A stretch of DNA of 63,538 nucleotides, counting the filler, from Sphacelaria rigidula (lineage: Eukaryota), in assembly GCA_964200075.2 (NCBI GenBank). It is 3 parts of 3 records of this genome, joined end to end, with 100 filler letters (N's around TTAATTAATTAA, not from the genome) between each part and the next. Parts side by side here need not be neighbours in the genome. Positions count along the whole stretch, not along the records: positions 42,428 to 63,538 come from CAXNAA020000465.1; 2 more parts are not named here. One strand, written 5' to 3'. Shown here one piece after another: positions 63,111-63,538 of the stretch. Position numbers and translations under genes: made by a program. The notes below the pieces were generated by a model. That model did not search any database, was not told the origin of the DNA, and worked only from the letters and a program-made list of their open reading frames with translations. How positions within the stretch are numbered: the first letter of the stretch is position 1; the number at the start of each line of letters is the position of its first letter.

Positions 63111-63207
63111 CCCTTAGACCGCGAGATTAGTCTTTCTGGATCGTGCATACTGTTTTTCACTCGAAATTGATGCCGATTCCACAGAAGACTAACTCGCGGG
63201 CTAAGGG
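63111..63207. mobile_element. Short piggyBac-type MITE
   Basis: TCAA|CCCTTAGACCGCGAGATTAGTCTT ... AAGACTAACTCGCGGGCTAAGGG|CTAA (degenerate TTAA flanks). Confidence 0.6.
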
Positions 63208-63538
63208 CTAACATTTTTCTTCAAGGAGTTGATGCTTTTACACCAAAAACTGTTCCGAAATTTAGATCACCAATGACATACGAGGAAAAAAAGGGGGGGG
63301 GGGCAAACGGTATGGGCTTCACATATACGCCATGTGTACCGTGTCAAATTTTCATGATAAACAACTTCAAATTGAGTAGTGAAATCGCGTTTTTTTGTCG
63401 AGAACCGGTTCCCTTGCTTTCATAGAACAAAAACCTCACCCGGAACTTTGACGTTTCCTACAAGCGCGACGCCTCGGCGCGCTGGAGGTCCCGTCTGCGT
63501 GCCATCTCAGACACTGCGCTCCTACAGTACGACATGCC

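Overview
Eukaryotic, intron-rich, repeat-rich genomic DNA, most consistent with a brown alga (Phaeophyceae, stramenopile). This is an inference from gene structure and protein families. Two 100-nt N/TTAATTAATTAA linkers (21117-21216, 42328-42427) split the window into three pieces that may not be adjacent in the genome. Four spliced genes were rebuilt by hand with phase-consistent junctions. (1) 1143-8628(+) is a ~1606-aa protein whose motif order resembles the replication-initiation factor MTBP/Sld7. (2) 13466-18266(+) is a ubiquitin-like plus 'KPVIxLYP...VEWGG' gene whose best upstream exon is an intact Ty3/gypsy Gag-capsid-like ORF lacking pol, a candidate domesticated Gag-Ubl fusion and the most interesting item here. 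(3) 26216-34590(+) is a Pmp/beta-helix-repeat, Cys-rich, multipass membrane receptor-like protein. (4) 43012-57807(-) is a 15-exon partial coiled-coil protein. The rest contains tRNA-derived SINEs, MITEs of several superfamilies, and decayed tyrosine-recombinase, LINE, Sola-like and piggyBac relics. One hAT-type composite element is bracketed by a perfect 8-bp TSD. All homology calls come from remembered motifs, not from searches.
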